This document shows positions 24,725 to 38,600 of a stretch of DNA of 64,000 bases, in pieces (the stretch's first letter is position 1; every line of letters begins with the position of its first letter). A program made the position numbers and the translations under genes. The notes under the pieces were generated by a model. The model was not told the DNA's origin, searched no databases, and worked only from the letters and a program-made list of their open reading frames with translations. The stretch spans positions 1-64,000 of the forward strand of contig JBFLGF010000097.1 of NCBI GenBank assembly GCA_050230475.1. The letters are read 5' to 3'. Source of the DNA: Ancylonema sp. Taxonomy: Eukaryota.

Positions 24725-26041
24725 GTAATTAACCCTAAAACGTTTTGTCGCTAAGTGGCACCCAGTTTATGTGAAAAAGAAACCCTAAATAGTTTTATCG
24801 CTAGACTGGCACTTAACTTGATGGTATGCAAGAACCCTAAAGTTGTCGCCATACTGGCACCTCATTTAGGGGGGGTTGGCTGTAAGGAGGTCGCCATACT
24901 GGCACCTTACTTGGGGTGGGAAACCCTAAAACAGAAGACTGTCGCTCATTGTGCACTTCGATTGGGTATAATCACTAAATGTGGGTCGGGGATTGAATTG
25001 CCCCGTATCTTGGCAGCCCCAATACTCGAACCCTAAATAGTAAAATTCTGTATTTGTCAAGTTCTTGGGAGGTTCCCATAACTTACAAGTCTAAGGTTGA
25101 ATTCCCTCATATAAAATGGCAGCCCCATTATTAAACCCTAAAAATGTAAAAATATTTTTGTACTGGGGTGACATATATGGTTCATACTGTCACTTGGTAT
25201 GGTGAAGAAGAATTTCCTTTTCCTGGACTCGGTCACGCCGACACATAGGTCGCCCATGCCCGATTCACTATTCCTTATACAATAGAATATGCATTACTCC
25301 GCTATACGGATATAGTGCGAGTGGTGGCAGCGGCCAACAACTCCTTCTGTGATGCCACGTGGTGTCAACAGTGAGGCTGCACCTTCCCTTACAACCTTGG
25401 CTGAGGGTGGGGATGGTTGTGGTAATCTAACCTCCTAGGTGACGATGGAATGAGGGGATGATCCCTCCTTGTTCCCTTACGACCTACAAGAGGTAGATGT
25501 ATACGCATGTGTTGACATGTTGGTTTGGGTTAAAATGCCCTACTAAGTGAGGTTTGTTGCGCGGACCCCTTCTACGGATACTCGCCGCGGAGCACATGGA
25601 GTCTACAAAGCTAAAGACTCGTCATACATTAGCTGTGGGGGGGGAGTCATAATCAATTTGCACATGGCGGTGTAGATATATGTGAGTTGTGCACATGCTC
25701 CCGATAGCGCATGATGTAGACGAGAGAGTGAGTGTGAGTGTAGTTGCACGCATGGCATGAGTATGCATGTGTGTAGTGCAGTGTTCTACACGTGCGGATT
25801 CGCACGTGTGAGGCGGAGTGTGTTGTTAGATGAGTTCACACATGTGGGAGACACGTGTGATGTGTTCGTTATTGCGGGGGCACATGCGGGTGTATTCGAT
25901 ATAGCGATGCTTTACACGTGTGTATGCAAACTATGCTAGAGTGTAGAAGACTCTAGTTGTACATGCTGAAATACACTTACATCCAACACACCTTTTCCAC
26001 ATGTTGCGATAAATCCAACAAACTATGAGCATGAAAGTTGC

Positions 26042-29000
26042 TCAAACGGCCTTCTCCGCAGCTCCACTTCCATTTTCCGGAGTAAGATCAATGCTCTCGA
26101 CCTTCTTCTCTGCCCTCACTCGCTTGCTCTTAGGTAGACGGTTGTGGTCCGCAATAATTTCGGTCAAGGTCTTCACTTCTTCGGTCAAGGTGTCGAAGAA
26201 TCCCGATTCTCCCACTCTCCACCCCCAGTTGCCTTTCTGTAACACCAAAGCAACAACAACGCTTAGAAGTGAGCGATCCATGACCCTCAATATAAGAACA
26301 ATCTCAATACGCCCTCTACACCACACGCTGTGGGGCACACACACCAAACCGCTCAAATGTCGAGAGCATGGGACTTGTTTACGTATGAAAGCGAATTGAG
26401 TTAAAAATATGAATTGAATTGAATACATGTCTCTGGGAGCGTGCGAACCTGCGTTGCGGGGGTGTTCATTCTCGCGGAGTTGTCCAATCCCAACACGTCT
26501 TGAAGCGCCACAATCATCGTTCTCGCCACAGACTCTGATGCACAGCGAATGAGCTCCCAATGAATGGCGTCACCTGCCGACGCTCGAAGGTACTTGAGGG
26601 CCTGAAGGGAGGGAGGGAGGGAGGGAGAGAGAGCTAGTCGTTAACCCCTCATCTCAACCGTTGTATTCCCAAAAATTTCCGGAAAGGCAGTGTGGAAAGT
26701 ACTTCTCACGATGGTAGGTCATTTCGTATAAATGTGAGGTTGAATTGAAGCAGGGCATTGTAAGTAGACCACACCCACCAAACGATACCAAAATCAGCCC
26801 TACTCTCAAAGGGAAAGTAGAAGAGAGCAACTCTCAGCGAGTGGTTGTTGAACGAAATGAGATATTTAGGACTAGAGGAGGGGTGACCAAAACAAGTGTT
26901 AGAGACCTCAAAACTGGTGCTGAATAAGTTGACCGACACTAGGTACACAACACGCGTGGCACAATCATGGAAGAAGTGTGTGTGTGTGTGTGTGTGTGCG
27001 GCACAAATGCGTGGTGTGTAAAAGGAAAAGTTGCGTATATTGAGGAGAGTCATCCAACTATTCCGCATACCCTTTTCTTCTCGAGGGCCGGTATCTTCTC
27101 CCACCACCCCACGACCTGCGCGCAAACCGACAACAAGAAAGGAATCACGAGTGAGTGAAGCCACAACGGGTGCCTCCAAGACCCATGTGGTGCAAATGGG
27201 AGAGAAGGGGTCCCTAACGGTGTCGTTGTCGTGTGTCCCCGGGTACACCACTTGATTGGTTTCATGGTTGTGAGGGAGGTGCGGGTTCCGGGAATCGCCG
27301 CCAAAAGCGAATTGCAAAACGGCCATCCCAGGGGCTTCTATGGCGTTCCGTAGGTCCACTACGTCGCTTGTGATCACTCCCTATGGGGGAAGGGGGGATG
27401 GGGGGATGGGTGGGGGTATGTGTCAAGGGGGTTGGAATGGGATGGGGAATAGAACTGTTAGTGAACCCCTTAGAACGCCAGCTGTGTGCCCATACCATGC
27501 ATGCAGTTGCGGTCTCCTCCCTATCTCCGCCGCCCATAAACCTTAAACCCTGTATACGCCACGCACACATGTGCCTCACCAAATCCTCTGCGATGATGTC
27601 CATTTTACCCAACTTCGCCGCGATCGCCTCAAAGAACTCCTCCCTCGGCCCCATCTTCCACGTCCCCCCCATAGCAGTCTCCGCCTCGGCTGGGATGGCC
27701 CAGTACCCAGCCAGCCCCCGGAAGTGATCGATTCTGAACTCGTCGTACAGCTCAAACGCGCGCCCCATGCGTTGCACCCACCACGCGTACCCGTTACGTG
27801 CCATCGCCTCCCAGTTGTACAGAGGGCTGCAGCGCCGCAGGGGGGGGGAGGGAGGGGGGAGGGATCATATTTTCGCCGATTTGCTGCTTTGTATCAGGAT
27901 CAGGATCGGAATCGGTACTTCGCACAGCGAGAGAGGAAAGGATGGGCCCAGATGTACAGATGTACAGATGTACCTGCCCCAGAGCTGCCCCGTGGCGCTG
28001 AACAAGTCGGGGGGCACTCCGCTGACAAGGGCGGGGACACCCGTGTCGGGATTCTGACACCCAGCCCCACCCACACATCCGACCAGTCACGTTCAGAGGA
28101 CGGGAAGGGAAGCTCATGTTTATGACATGTATACGACAACCATGTCTGCCACCTTCGCCCCCCCTGTGGGCCCCACACTTGTTCCATCCATGATTCACCC
28201 CCTCTGGAGGGGCTGCTCTGCATCTCATGTGGTGTGGTTCAGGAGCAACGTACGTGAGTAAGTGTTAAGGTGTGTACACGTGTATGCATGTGGGGATGCA
28301 TAAAAGATGTGAAAATGTATACCCTCGTGAAAAAAACTTTGTTTCCACCCTTACCCTTCAGGACCGTTTTCCCCCCAATCCCAATCTCCCCCCCCTCCTC
28401 CCCCCCCTTCCTCCCTCTTACCAACATGAACTCGGATCGGTTCGCCCACACGTCCGCACTGTGCCCCCCCACATAGATGGGCATGTCTCCGATGACTCGA
28501 ATGCCTTTGCCGTTAGCGTACGCGTGGATGGCTTGCCACTGCCTCTGGAACAAAAACTGCTGCGCCACAAAGTTGTCGATCTGAGAGGGGGCGAGGGGGT
28601 GAGGGACGTCAGGTCGGTGTGGGGGTTTTGTGGGGTTCAGAATCGGTGGTATGGTCACTCACGTAGTCCTTGTGCTCTGCTCTAGCCTTGTCTAGCGCCT
28701 CTGGCAGTCGGTCCCTTAGCTCCACAGGCCACTGCCACCAGAATTCTGCGGGTATACTAGAGTCGATGGCAGCAAACAGGGCCGCCTCCTCCAGCCAACC
28801 TGAAGCCCACACCCCAGACATCAGTAAACCCTGAACTCTGAAACCTGGAAGCACTGGTGCCATCCCCAGCTGTGAGCCACTCTGTTGTTTTCACCTGCGA
28901 TGTTTGGATCCTTCCGGAACTTGTCCAGCTCCGCCTTCAGAGGCCCACTGCTGCTCAGCACCCGGTCGGCTGCCTGGGCAAGGCAACTTCCCAGAACCTT

Positions 29001-30689
29001 CCGTCACCAACATTGGCAGCGATCGCAGCCAGCTCTCGTCCAAATTGCAGCGACCAACCAACCAACCAACCGACCGACCAACCAACCAACCAATTTACCA
29101 GCCTACCAGGGCCAACCACCGACCAGCTTCGATGCCCAATCCCAATCAACCACATTTTAAAATGTGACAGGAGGTCAACAGTCAGCAAGGAGGTCAAAAG
29201 TCAAACCTTGACCAATAGGGGGTCCTTGACTCCCGCCACCTCCTCATAGTCCACTCGTTCCACCTTACTGCGGGATTGGAATCAACCCCCCACACATTCC
29301 GATCAACCGATCATTTACCCTTAGAGCTTCCAGGTGGTAACACCTTAATGGAGGCCACTCTATACAGCCACAAATATCATTCGGATATCAAAAGACAGTC
29401 CCATATCAACCCGATTCTCTTTGGATGGACAGCTCTCGTGAGAGAGTGGAGAGTGGAGAGTGGAGAGTGGAGAGTGGAGAGTGGAGAGTGGAGAGTGGAG
29501 ATTGGAGAGTGGAGAGTGGAGAGTGGAGAGTGGAGAGTGGAGAGTGGAGAGTGGAGAGTGGAGAGTGGAGAGTGGAGAGTGGAGAGTGGAGAGTGGAGAG
29601 TGGAGAGTGGAGATTCGGTCTCGCTTACATGGGGGTGGGCAGCTCTTCCTTCTTGAGCAGCCCTTCGTCCACTAAGGTGTCCAGACTGATCAGCAGAGTG
29701 TTACCGCAGTTAGCATCCTGGTTAACCACCGCACCCCACCAGCAAACACCTGTCGGTCCAACCAACCAACTTGCCAACCAATAAACTAGCTCATAACCTA
29801 CATAACCGACCAGCTAATCTTTCCGTGTAAATGAGTGACGATCAAGATTGTATCAGTGTCCCATCTTCTGGTGCGGGTAAGACAGTGCCACATGTCGCAT
29901 ATGGAAACTATTGTGCCAACCGAATCCGTCTGTCGAGAAATAACCGGCTAGAAAACCGGTACCGATGGGTACCCCCGCTCACTACACGGACCTGTCCAGA
30001 ATATGGAGACCCGTCCTCCCCAGACTTGCGCCCGGGTGGGACAAGGGGTAGAACCTGCGCCACTACCCAGGTCAAGGTTACTGGTCCAGATCGACAGAAT
30101 CTGCGAATGCTGCGAATGCTACTAGCTCTGGTCCAGCCAAGGGAGAGATTTAAATACGGGCGCGTAGTGCAAAATTAGTAGAGGAAGGGGGCCGGGGAGA
30201 TAGGACTGGATTGGAATGCAATTGTTCGGAACTGAATACTACCGAGGGAATGACAGCGAATAAGCTCTAATGTACCTGCCAGACACTGCATCCGGTCGAA
30301 TCCAGCCAATCAATAAACTTGAAGGCCTCCGCCCCTAGCTCCCCAATCCCGTAAGGTCCGGGGAAAGAAGTTGGGTGCAAGAGAATGCCGGCGCGACGGG
30401 GAAGTAGTTTTTTGGTCGGATCGTCGAATTCGTAGCCCTGCGGCAAATCACCCCCGACTTTATCGGCAGCTGGGGCGGGCGCCACTTGAGTGGCTGCCAT
30501 GACTCGCAGATCGGATCCCCGTGCGATTCGCAAATGCAGGCCCTTTCCGTGGATCGAGCTCGCGTACTGAACGGACTTTTTGCTGGATTTTGCAGGGATC
30601 TGTGCAACGTGGACAGATCGTCGGGACACAGTTTCTTCTATCGGCCTTTGAATTCTCGATGCGAGCGTACTCTTAGAGATGGCTAACAT
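26042..30689 (-). CDS. DPE1: 4-alpha-glucanotransferase / disproportionating enzyme 1 (GH77), plastidial, about 13 exons
   Basis: Exon 1 30689-30276 (transit-like, then RRAGILLHPTSFPGPYGIGELG..VWQ); 30054-29992 (VLPLVPPGRKSGEDGSPYSGQ); DANCGNTLLIS; GDMPIYVGGHSADVW; SGVPPDLFSATGQLWG; catalytic motifs RIDHFRG, IAEDLG and GTHDNDT; final exon GNWGWR..AEKAV* ends at 26042. Confidence 0.93.
29440..29611. repeat. (GGAGAGT)n heptamer tandem repeat in DPE1 intron
   Basis: Near-perfect tandem units seen directly. Confidence 0.95.
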
Positions 30690-31908
30690 GCTGTGACTCT
30701 GTCGCAGCTGGAGAGCGGCTAGATATGCGAGGGGTGTAATCAAGGAATGGACGACATTTCCTGACTACGATTCCTCCGCGGCAAGGGCGCTCCTGCGATA
30801 AAGAAAACTTGAGCAACAGTGCCGTTTCGACGCAAACGTGCACTTTGTTGACACGTGTTTCTCAGTATAAATGCTTGCCACGTGTTGAATTGCCAGCCAA
30901 TTCACCAATTCACCAGAATTGGTATTCGCCAACGGGGGTCGTCGCTGCCAGTTCAACAGTTTTAGGGCTGTGACATCATAGGGAGACAGATACCGAGTTT
31001 GCTTCTACCGTGGACTCATTTTGCCGTGGCGTTGTAGTGCGCAGTACGCACTTTTTATCACTCTGACTCGATACTGATCAACAGGAAAACATGAGTCAAC
31101 GCATTCCGTTTCAACGGCTGGACAGGTCATTTTGGATTTAGGCCAACCATACGCATCTACTAGTTTCCCACTTCGTACGGGAATTTTGAATCTGATTGCC
31201 ATGTTTCCGCCCACTTTCTGCAGACCTTCCTTCGCCTAGTCCAGTCCTGTCAGGTACCGATTCGAAGCTAAAGAATTCTTAACACACACATCCACTCGCT
31301 TACTTCACAGCATAGATTTATCATATATAACCCCTCATTAAAAAAAAAATCGGTTGCAACAACCGAGTTACACAGGGAGTTTTCTTTGTTGACGACCAAG
31401 GATACGTCATTGTCTGGGCTTCTTAAATTTAGTGAATTTAGACAGGAGTGTGTTTGCCAAGACCATGGGCCAGGCGTTCGCCAAGGAGAGCCCGAAGCGA
31501 TCTGTGACAGAGGTCCGTTGATATTATCCGGGATAAAGTTGCCGCGGTGGATTATATGTGGATTTGGTAAAGTATGTCGATGGCACACATCACTTTTTAT
31601 TCTCAGACGTGGTTGGGTGTGACACTATGCCAATTTTTTGCAGATCACTTCTCTTTGGCAAGAATCAGTGGGTAGTTCGGCAGACTTGGTAGTCAGGACT
31701 GTCCGTCGTGTACGCATCTGTATGTAATGAAGTTCAGATGGCTTTATGTAGATGGTGTCGATCAGCGCTCAGGTGAACAAACTGCTTTATTCAGTCGCAG
31801 CCGTTATGCATGGCTGTCCTGCTCTTCGGGACCAGAACTGAAATCTAGTAAATTCGCTGCTTAAATCACAAGCCAACAAAAGAAAGTCGTTTTTTCCCGA
31901 CATCGCAG

Positions 31909-33825
31909 GCGAAGGATCATCGGACAGAGGACGAAGCGTTGGACGTCATCCGAGATGCTCTGAGGTAGATATACCGCTTTCCATTTCACCCTTGACCGCT
32001 ATGTATATGTATGTATGTATGCATGACTGTCTGGCCTACGCAAACATATTGAATTATATTGAACTGCGGGAGGAAAGATGAATATCATGTTGATAAATCA
32101 CCTCATGACACAGTTTTCTTCAGCGGGGGGCTATGTGCACATACACAGGCCAAATGTAAAGTCAAACCGTAGAAAGTAAAACACGCATTCCTCCAGATGG
32201 AAGGCTCTTCAGTCTGCATGGATGTACATCGCTCAATTTCAAGTCGCTGTCATCTATGTCACAGAGCAAAAGGAAATGTGGCGACATTTGTCTCGACAAA
32301 AAATGCTTTGAAGAAGGACAACCTCGTTTATGCAGGCGATTTTGTAGAGGGCGATGGCAGCATTGACCAGGTACACTGCACCTTCTCTCACAGGCTGACG
32401 CGGATGCAGAATGTCACAAGGATGTCCGTCAGTCAGCGTCTGTGTTCGAGAGACATATACGACTTCTCTATATAAAATGCGATGTGTAATATCTTTGGCA
32501 TGCTGGATATGGTCTGTGGTCTGTGGTCGCAGGGCTACAGTAGGCTGGCAAGCTGGTATGCTCGATGAGAATGAGTGGTGAGGTGATATGGTGACAGTCA
32601 GTCCTGACTCCCAGCCTGTCCTCTGCAATTGCCTCCACAGACCCGACCCCTGCTATCACTGGAGTACAGGAGACGAGAGCATTGTGCTGTGGTCAAGGTG
32701 AGGCTGCCAGTCTGAGTTCCAGTCTATGACCATGTATAGCTTGCAGAGACTCACCTGGACCATCCAGTCATCATGACATCAACTCTGATTCGTACAACAG
32801 GCCACAAAAGTGTGGTAAAAACCAGATAGGAGGGGGTTCCTCTCATCTGGACTTGCAAAAAGTGCAGCCCTTCCACCCCCACCTTACCCCCCAGGCTGCA
32901 ACTGGAAGCACTTGTCTATCGTCGATTCAAAGCGTGTGGGGTGGTGGTTGCTGGCGCCTGCAGCCTCCCTAGCAGCCATTGGCCACGATGGGAGCAACAC
33001 CTCTAGTCTTGGCCATGTGAAACATTCATGTTCAGGGGACGCACCACATTTTGAAACATGTCTCCACAATACTTCATCCGCGAATCTGAAACAAGTTCAG
33101 GTTACAAGTGCTGCCGAGCGACAGAGATTCTGACCCCCGTACCGCACACACCCCTCGCTGATCACTTGTGCTTTTCCTCTGGGTTGTTCTTCTGATTTTG
33201 GTCCAGGATGGGCAAACAGGGCAGATCCTGATGATGCTGGTGAGGGAGATGACGGACTACCCATTTTACGGGGATGGAGGGCGGAGGATGCGGCTGGGGG
33301 TGGGGGGTTTTACGGAAGCCCGGTTATACTGCAATGGGCGCCCAGTGGCGGTTACAGAGAAAGAAATGATCAATGTGGCTCCTGCACCTCAGGTGCTCCA
33401 TTCATTTTTATTTTTTATTTTTATTTTAAATTCCGCATGTTAGGAATTATTGAGCCCTCTTGGGGAATGTTGAATCATTTTGCATTTCTTTGTCGTAGGA
33501 CGCGGTGAAGTCACTAGCATACATACAAATCTAAGCGGGTTACGTATATGGGCACCTGTCTCTGATTGGCTTTCAGGCTGATCCAGAGGAGAAAGCAAAG
33601 AAGGGCGCTAGTATGGTGGAGTTGCAGAAGCAAAATGAGGGGAACGCAATTTCATTCAACATGCGGAAAAAGAATGGGTCAGTGGGCAAGCAAGTGGCGC
33701 TATACACACACGTGAAAGGCTCGTACAGCATACTCAAAATGTCCACTGCTGACGTGGCGGATCCTCTCGTCATGTGCGTCATGGCGTGGTTCTCAACCTT
33801 CGACAAAGTTGGAATTGTGTCATAA
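31909..33825 (+). CDS. Tentative multi-exon gene of unknown function (weak Tubby-C/LURP-one/scramblase-like appearance)
   Basis: AG..GT-bounded open segments at about 31909-31964, 32197-32370, 33207-33392 (..ILMMLVREMTDYPFYGDGG..ARLYCNGRPVAVTEKE..) and a last exon 33577-33825 (..GKQVALY..DVADPLVMCVMAWFSTFD..*). Start codon and full chain not resolved. Confidence 0.35.
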
Positions 33826-34179
33826 CTGATTTACCAGTTGTGATGCAAACAATTCAAAAGCATCACACCAATTGCTAGCTGTTTGTGATTGATTGAGGTA
33901 TTGGTTTGTCTTTTTGGCATAGGACAAGCTCAAAAGAGATCAATACATATTTCCGAGGCTATTTCATGAGGGGGAAATAGCTGCTTGAAAGGATGTGATC
34001 ATACCCGGATGATTGAGTGGCTAGATCATAGATTGAACCATAAGGGGTGTATCAATTAATGTGGTTTCACTTTGACCTTTTTGGGGGCGGTCCTTCAGCA
34101 AGGAGATGAAAGAGACTTTGATTTCATTTAAATTAATTTTGATTTAAAGTGTAGCACACTCGATTGTTGAAGCACAAAA

Positions 34180-34303
34180 ACATGTAACATGTAACATGTA
34201 ACATGTAACATGTAACATGTAACATGTAACATGTAACATGTAACATGTAACATGTAACATGTAACATGTAACATGTAACATGTAACATGTAACATGTAAC
34301 ATG
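34180..34303. repeat. (CATGTAA)n heptamer tandem repeat
   Basis: Perfect tandem units seen directly. Confidence 0.95.
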
Positions 34304-34936
34304 CGCGTCGTTCGATTTCGCTTCGCATAAACATTAGGCGTGGAAGGATGTGCGATCACAAGAGTCCACGTGTATGTTTTCAGATGTATGGACACTCATA
34401 CCATCCGTCCACATGTGCATCACACAACAATTCTTCCTCGCATATCAAATGAAGGAAAGTATAGACGGCAATATCGATTGCTGATAAGAATATGAAGACT
34501 GAATAAGATGCACGATTCAGGGATGTATGACATATTATGCCTTCACGTTTTTGTGGAGGGGGATGAGGTCAGGATCCTCAAAACTCGGTCTCCACCCCAC
34601 GAGGGTGAGCGGGTTGGGTGGGGGCCTTCGGGCTTGGTCGGACATTGTGGAGAAGGGCTAGAGTGGAAAAAATATTAAAAAAACAAGTCATGTTCTTGTT
34701 GGGGGTTCACCAACCGCTATGTATCATACTCCTATGATACCAATGCCAACGGATCTATTAAAGTCGTTTCCAATAATAATTCTGACCCATTCGACAAAGC
34801 ATGTTGGATTGGGGTGAAGGCTCGGATCCCACTTGTCTCACCTACGGAAAGAGGTCGTAGAAGAAGAGGAGGAAGACTGGTGGCTACAACTTGAACCGAA
34901 TCATGGTGTGAGTTTTTCCATGATGTAGGTATTGAC

Positions 34937-35076
34937 GCACTTTCTTCTTCGGAGTTGCATATTGTTGCTAGTTTTGTCTAGTACGGTCGGCTCACATATT
35001 TGTCGTTTTTTAGGATATGTATCTTAACAAGCAGGTTCTTGTAATGAGATGGGGTTCCCGTCGTGTTTCAATAATA
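34937..35076 (+). mobile_element. CRE-like non-LTR retrotransposon 3' end (plus orientation)
   Basis: Reverse complement of the 8711 and 10834 copies; ends ..cttgtaatgagatggggttcccgtcgtgtttcaataat. Confidence 0.7.
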
Positions 35077-35633
35077 TACGATTCTACTCTATTATTAACG
35101 CAGGTTTCTTGTTTGACATAATGAAATAAAAAAAAGGAGGCAAACTTAATCATCATCTTAACAACGTCCAGGCATGGTCAGGCATGGGCCCCACACCACC
35201 GTTCGAAATAGTATTTGCCAAAAACTATTCCGTACGTTGTTGGGAGTTCCCTGACGGAACCACGATCTTCATCCAATTGTAGATCCACGGTACTCTGCCG
35301 CTGGCGACTGGTTACACTTTCAGCTTACCGAGCTCACACGTGCTGCATGTGCTACCAATTAGAAAAAGTGCGTCTTGAAGTGTTGCTGTTCCGAAACTAA
35401 TGTAAATTGCGTGGAAGCTGCTGGTTGGTTGGCAGGAATCTGAGCCTGGCAAGAAGACTGAGACGAATTCGAGACTCCCGACGACGTGGGCTAATAGCGT
35501 GCGACCGTATCTGCGGTGGCGGTACGGAAAGCCGAGGGAGCCTGACAGTGCCTGTGCTTCTTGCCCAGCAAGTGGCCGTAAATGCGTCACATGTCAATTG
35601 CCGCAGAAGTCAAAGTGGACCTTCCAGTACCGA

Positions 35634-38600
35634 ATGACAGATGCTTTTTCTATCCCACATCTTCTAGATGTCTCCCCCCAGAACGGTGCTACCGTTGACC
35701 ATGTAGTTGGGGAAGGGAACGGGATGGATGCGCCTGCCGACGAAGCAGGAGTTGCAGATTTATCGGTGGTGAAACAACGATCGCCACCTGTAGTGAAGTG
35801 CAACGGGGGAGTGGGGGCGGACGTGAAAGGACTCGTTGTAGAGGGGGCAGTTGCTATGCCGTCAGACAGCGTAGTGACAGTGTCAGCGATCCCTGCGGAC
35901 CAGGTGGCAGAACCAGAGGAGATGCCGGCTCTCCTTGCAAAGAAACTTTGCCTTCTTGCCCCGGCAATTGCTGCTGGCCTCAACGGGGGTGAAGAGGCCG
36001 GTTCTCACGTGCCAGAGCCGCTGGCAGGGGTCGCGGAAGCAACAGTAGAAACCGCGCCTCGGCCGACCGTGGGGGTGGTAGAGGAACCTCCCCAGGGTTT
36101 ACCTGCCGTAACCGCCGGGGCGCAAGTAGAAATAAAGACAGAGGCGGTGCCTGCAGCGGAGAAGAATGAATTAGAACGAATCTTGGATGAGCTTATCAGG
36201 TGAAAACGCGGGCTCCTGTTTCACAGGGGGGCAAGTTCGCAGTTTGCAAAGGCCTCGGGATTTCGTGGAGAGGTTTTAGATCTATATGGCACTCAGGCAG
36301 CCTGAGAAGAGAGGCAGTCGCAGGCAGATGCGTTTTGTTGGCATTAGCTGCGTCATATTTTATTGATGCACCGCATCATTTCTCCTGAGGGGAATGGTAG
36401 ACAGTCGTCCTTCACTCCAGCATAAGGAACTATACAAATTCTTTCGACTCCTCGGGGAATAAGTTTGATGGTCCTGAGCACATTGGTTCTGATGTACTGA
36501 TAGTCGCCAGCTGTCACATCGAGTCAGAGACTGCTGCCTGCAGTATATGAATCACACGCATTCCAATTGGCTACTGCCTAAACTCCCTCTAGTCTAATAT
36601 TTGTGTACCACTCCCTCTGACCCTCCCCCAACTTTCTTCCTCTGCTTCTCTCTGCAACGTAAAGAAAGAATGTGATCTTCCTTCACAGTTGCAAGCAGTC
36701 CAACCCACTCTTTCCACGCTCCTTTCTCGTTTCTCAAATATTTCTGTTTTTTTTTTTTTTTTTTTTCTTCTTGTTTTTGTGTGGTTGGGCTGGGCATCAG
36801 ACTGGATCCTCTCGAGATATTATCGGATCCTGTCGACGACTCCTTCGCTCCCAACTACAGTCGAGTCATCCGCACCCCCATGTGCTTCAACACGATGAGG
36901 GCGAAGATCCACGGCCAGAAATACGCCACGTGGCGCAATTTTGTGGTGCGGCCACGTCTTGGGCTCGACATGGGCGAAAGGATATCATGTTTTAATGATT
37001 TCTTTGGGTCGCATTACGGCAGTGGTCTGGCTTGTGTAGTCCCATACTAAATTATTTAATTTCCACAAAGGGTGTGAAAAAATTATGCACGGCCTGGACG
37101 TCTTAGTGGGTTCACACACATTGGTGCAGGACGACTTTGAGCGCATCTGCTATAACGCTATGAAGTACAACCAGAAGAGGTCCCCCATATGGAACGAATC
37201 CAACACGCTTCTGAAAGCCGGTCGCCACATTTTAGGTCAATACAGTCAGCGAGGGGCCCTACTCCAAGGCATTGGTCTGGCACCTCCTGGGCCAGGGGAG
37301 GAAAGGGGAGAGGCCCTGAACCCCGCTGAGCCCTCTCGTCGACGCGGGGCAGGGTTTTCTGGGAAGGGGATGGGGGGGAAGGGGCTGGCTGGGAAGGGGT
37401 TGATAGGGCGGCTCCCAGGGATGACTCAAATGATAACGCGTCAGAAGGCAGTCTCCCCTCTGTCTCCCAGGGGGGCCTACTTCCGAGGCATGCAGCATGG
37501 GAAGCCTGTGTGGGGGGGGGGGGGGGGGAAAGGTGCCAGGGGGGGGACAGGGCGGGTGGGGGATGGGGTGGCTGGGCGGGGGAGGGAGTCTGCAGTGGAG
37601 ATAATGGGCGAGTATTCGGAAGGAGGGACTGCGGGAGAGGAGGGGGGGGTGAGGATGGATCCCGCCGACCTGGCAACAGAGTGCTCTAGCTCGTTTGGGG
37701 ACACGGTGGGCACCAACGGGACGGATGTGGAGATAGAGGAGGAGCAGGGGGAGGTGGAGTCGGCGGAGGGGGGGGAGGCGGCGGGGATGGGAAGGGATGG
37801 GAACGGAGCTGGGGGTGATGAGGAGGATGGGCTGGGTGGGAGGTGAGTAAGGGATGGGCTATGGGGTATGGGCAACAGGAGCGTGGATTTTCCCACTGCT
37901 CACTCTACTGTCACACCTCCCTACAGGCGCAGGCCCCTGAACCCTGAGTGGACGGCATACCGGCGGGGGATCGAGTGGCGGTGCCGGTGGCTGGAGCTGC
38001 GCACCAAAGAGCTGCTGTGCCAGGAGAAGAGGTACGCGCAGCTTCTCAGCAAGTTCCGGACGGACAAGGAGGCCGCGCAGGTGGCGCAGATGCTGCGGCA
38101 TGGGGGAGGGGACGTGGCAGGTGGGCCCCACACACCCTCAGAGGCGAACGCACATGTGTATATATGCATATGCAAGGAGACGTTGGTTGCTGCAGGCCCG
38201 GTTGCAAAGACTGCTCCCCTGCAAGACGTGTCGGCCGCTCCGACTCTGCCAGGTGGCACGTACCGGGCGCCAGCTGGCGTGTGGAAAGCCCCTGATTGGG
38301 AGGAGGGTCTGAGCGCTCGCACGTGTGGATTGGGATCAAGGAGGGGGAAGAGGATGATGGGGCGGCGCACGCGCAAAAGGGAGGAGGAGAGAGAGGATAG
38401 GGAGGCCGTGATGGCCAAGCACCCCGTCTTCTCCCATTACGGTGCCCAGCCTCAACCTCTACCTCGACCCGAAACTGGAACTCTTTAACCTTAAACCTTA
38501 AACCCGAGCCTGAACCCGAACCTGGAAGTGGATCTGAAGGGAAACCTGGGGGGCGGGGCGGGGAGCAGGGCGGCGGAGGAGAGGGCGGGGGGAAGATGGG

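Noticed and set aside
24725..25200. LTR of the gypsy element (repeated gtcgccatactggcacct, aaccctaa)
   Set aside because: No second LTR, clear polypurine tract or TG..CA boundaries could be identified in the window.
29276..29784. ESGEWRV-repeat ORFs
   Set aside because: Translation of the (GGAGAGT)n intronic repeat, antisense to DPE1.
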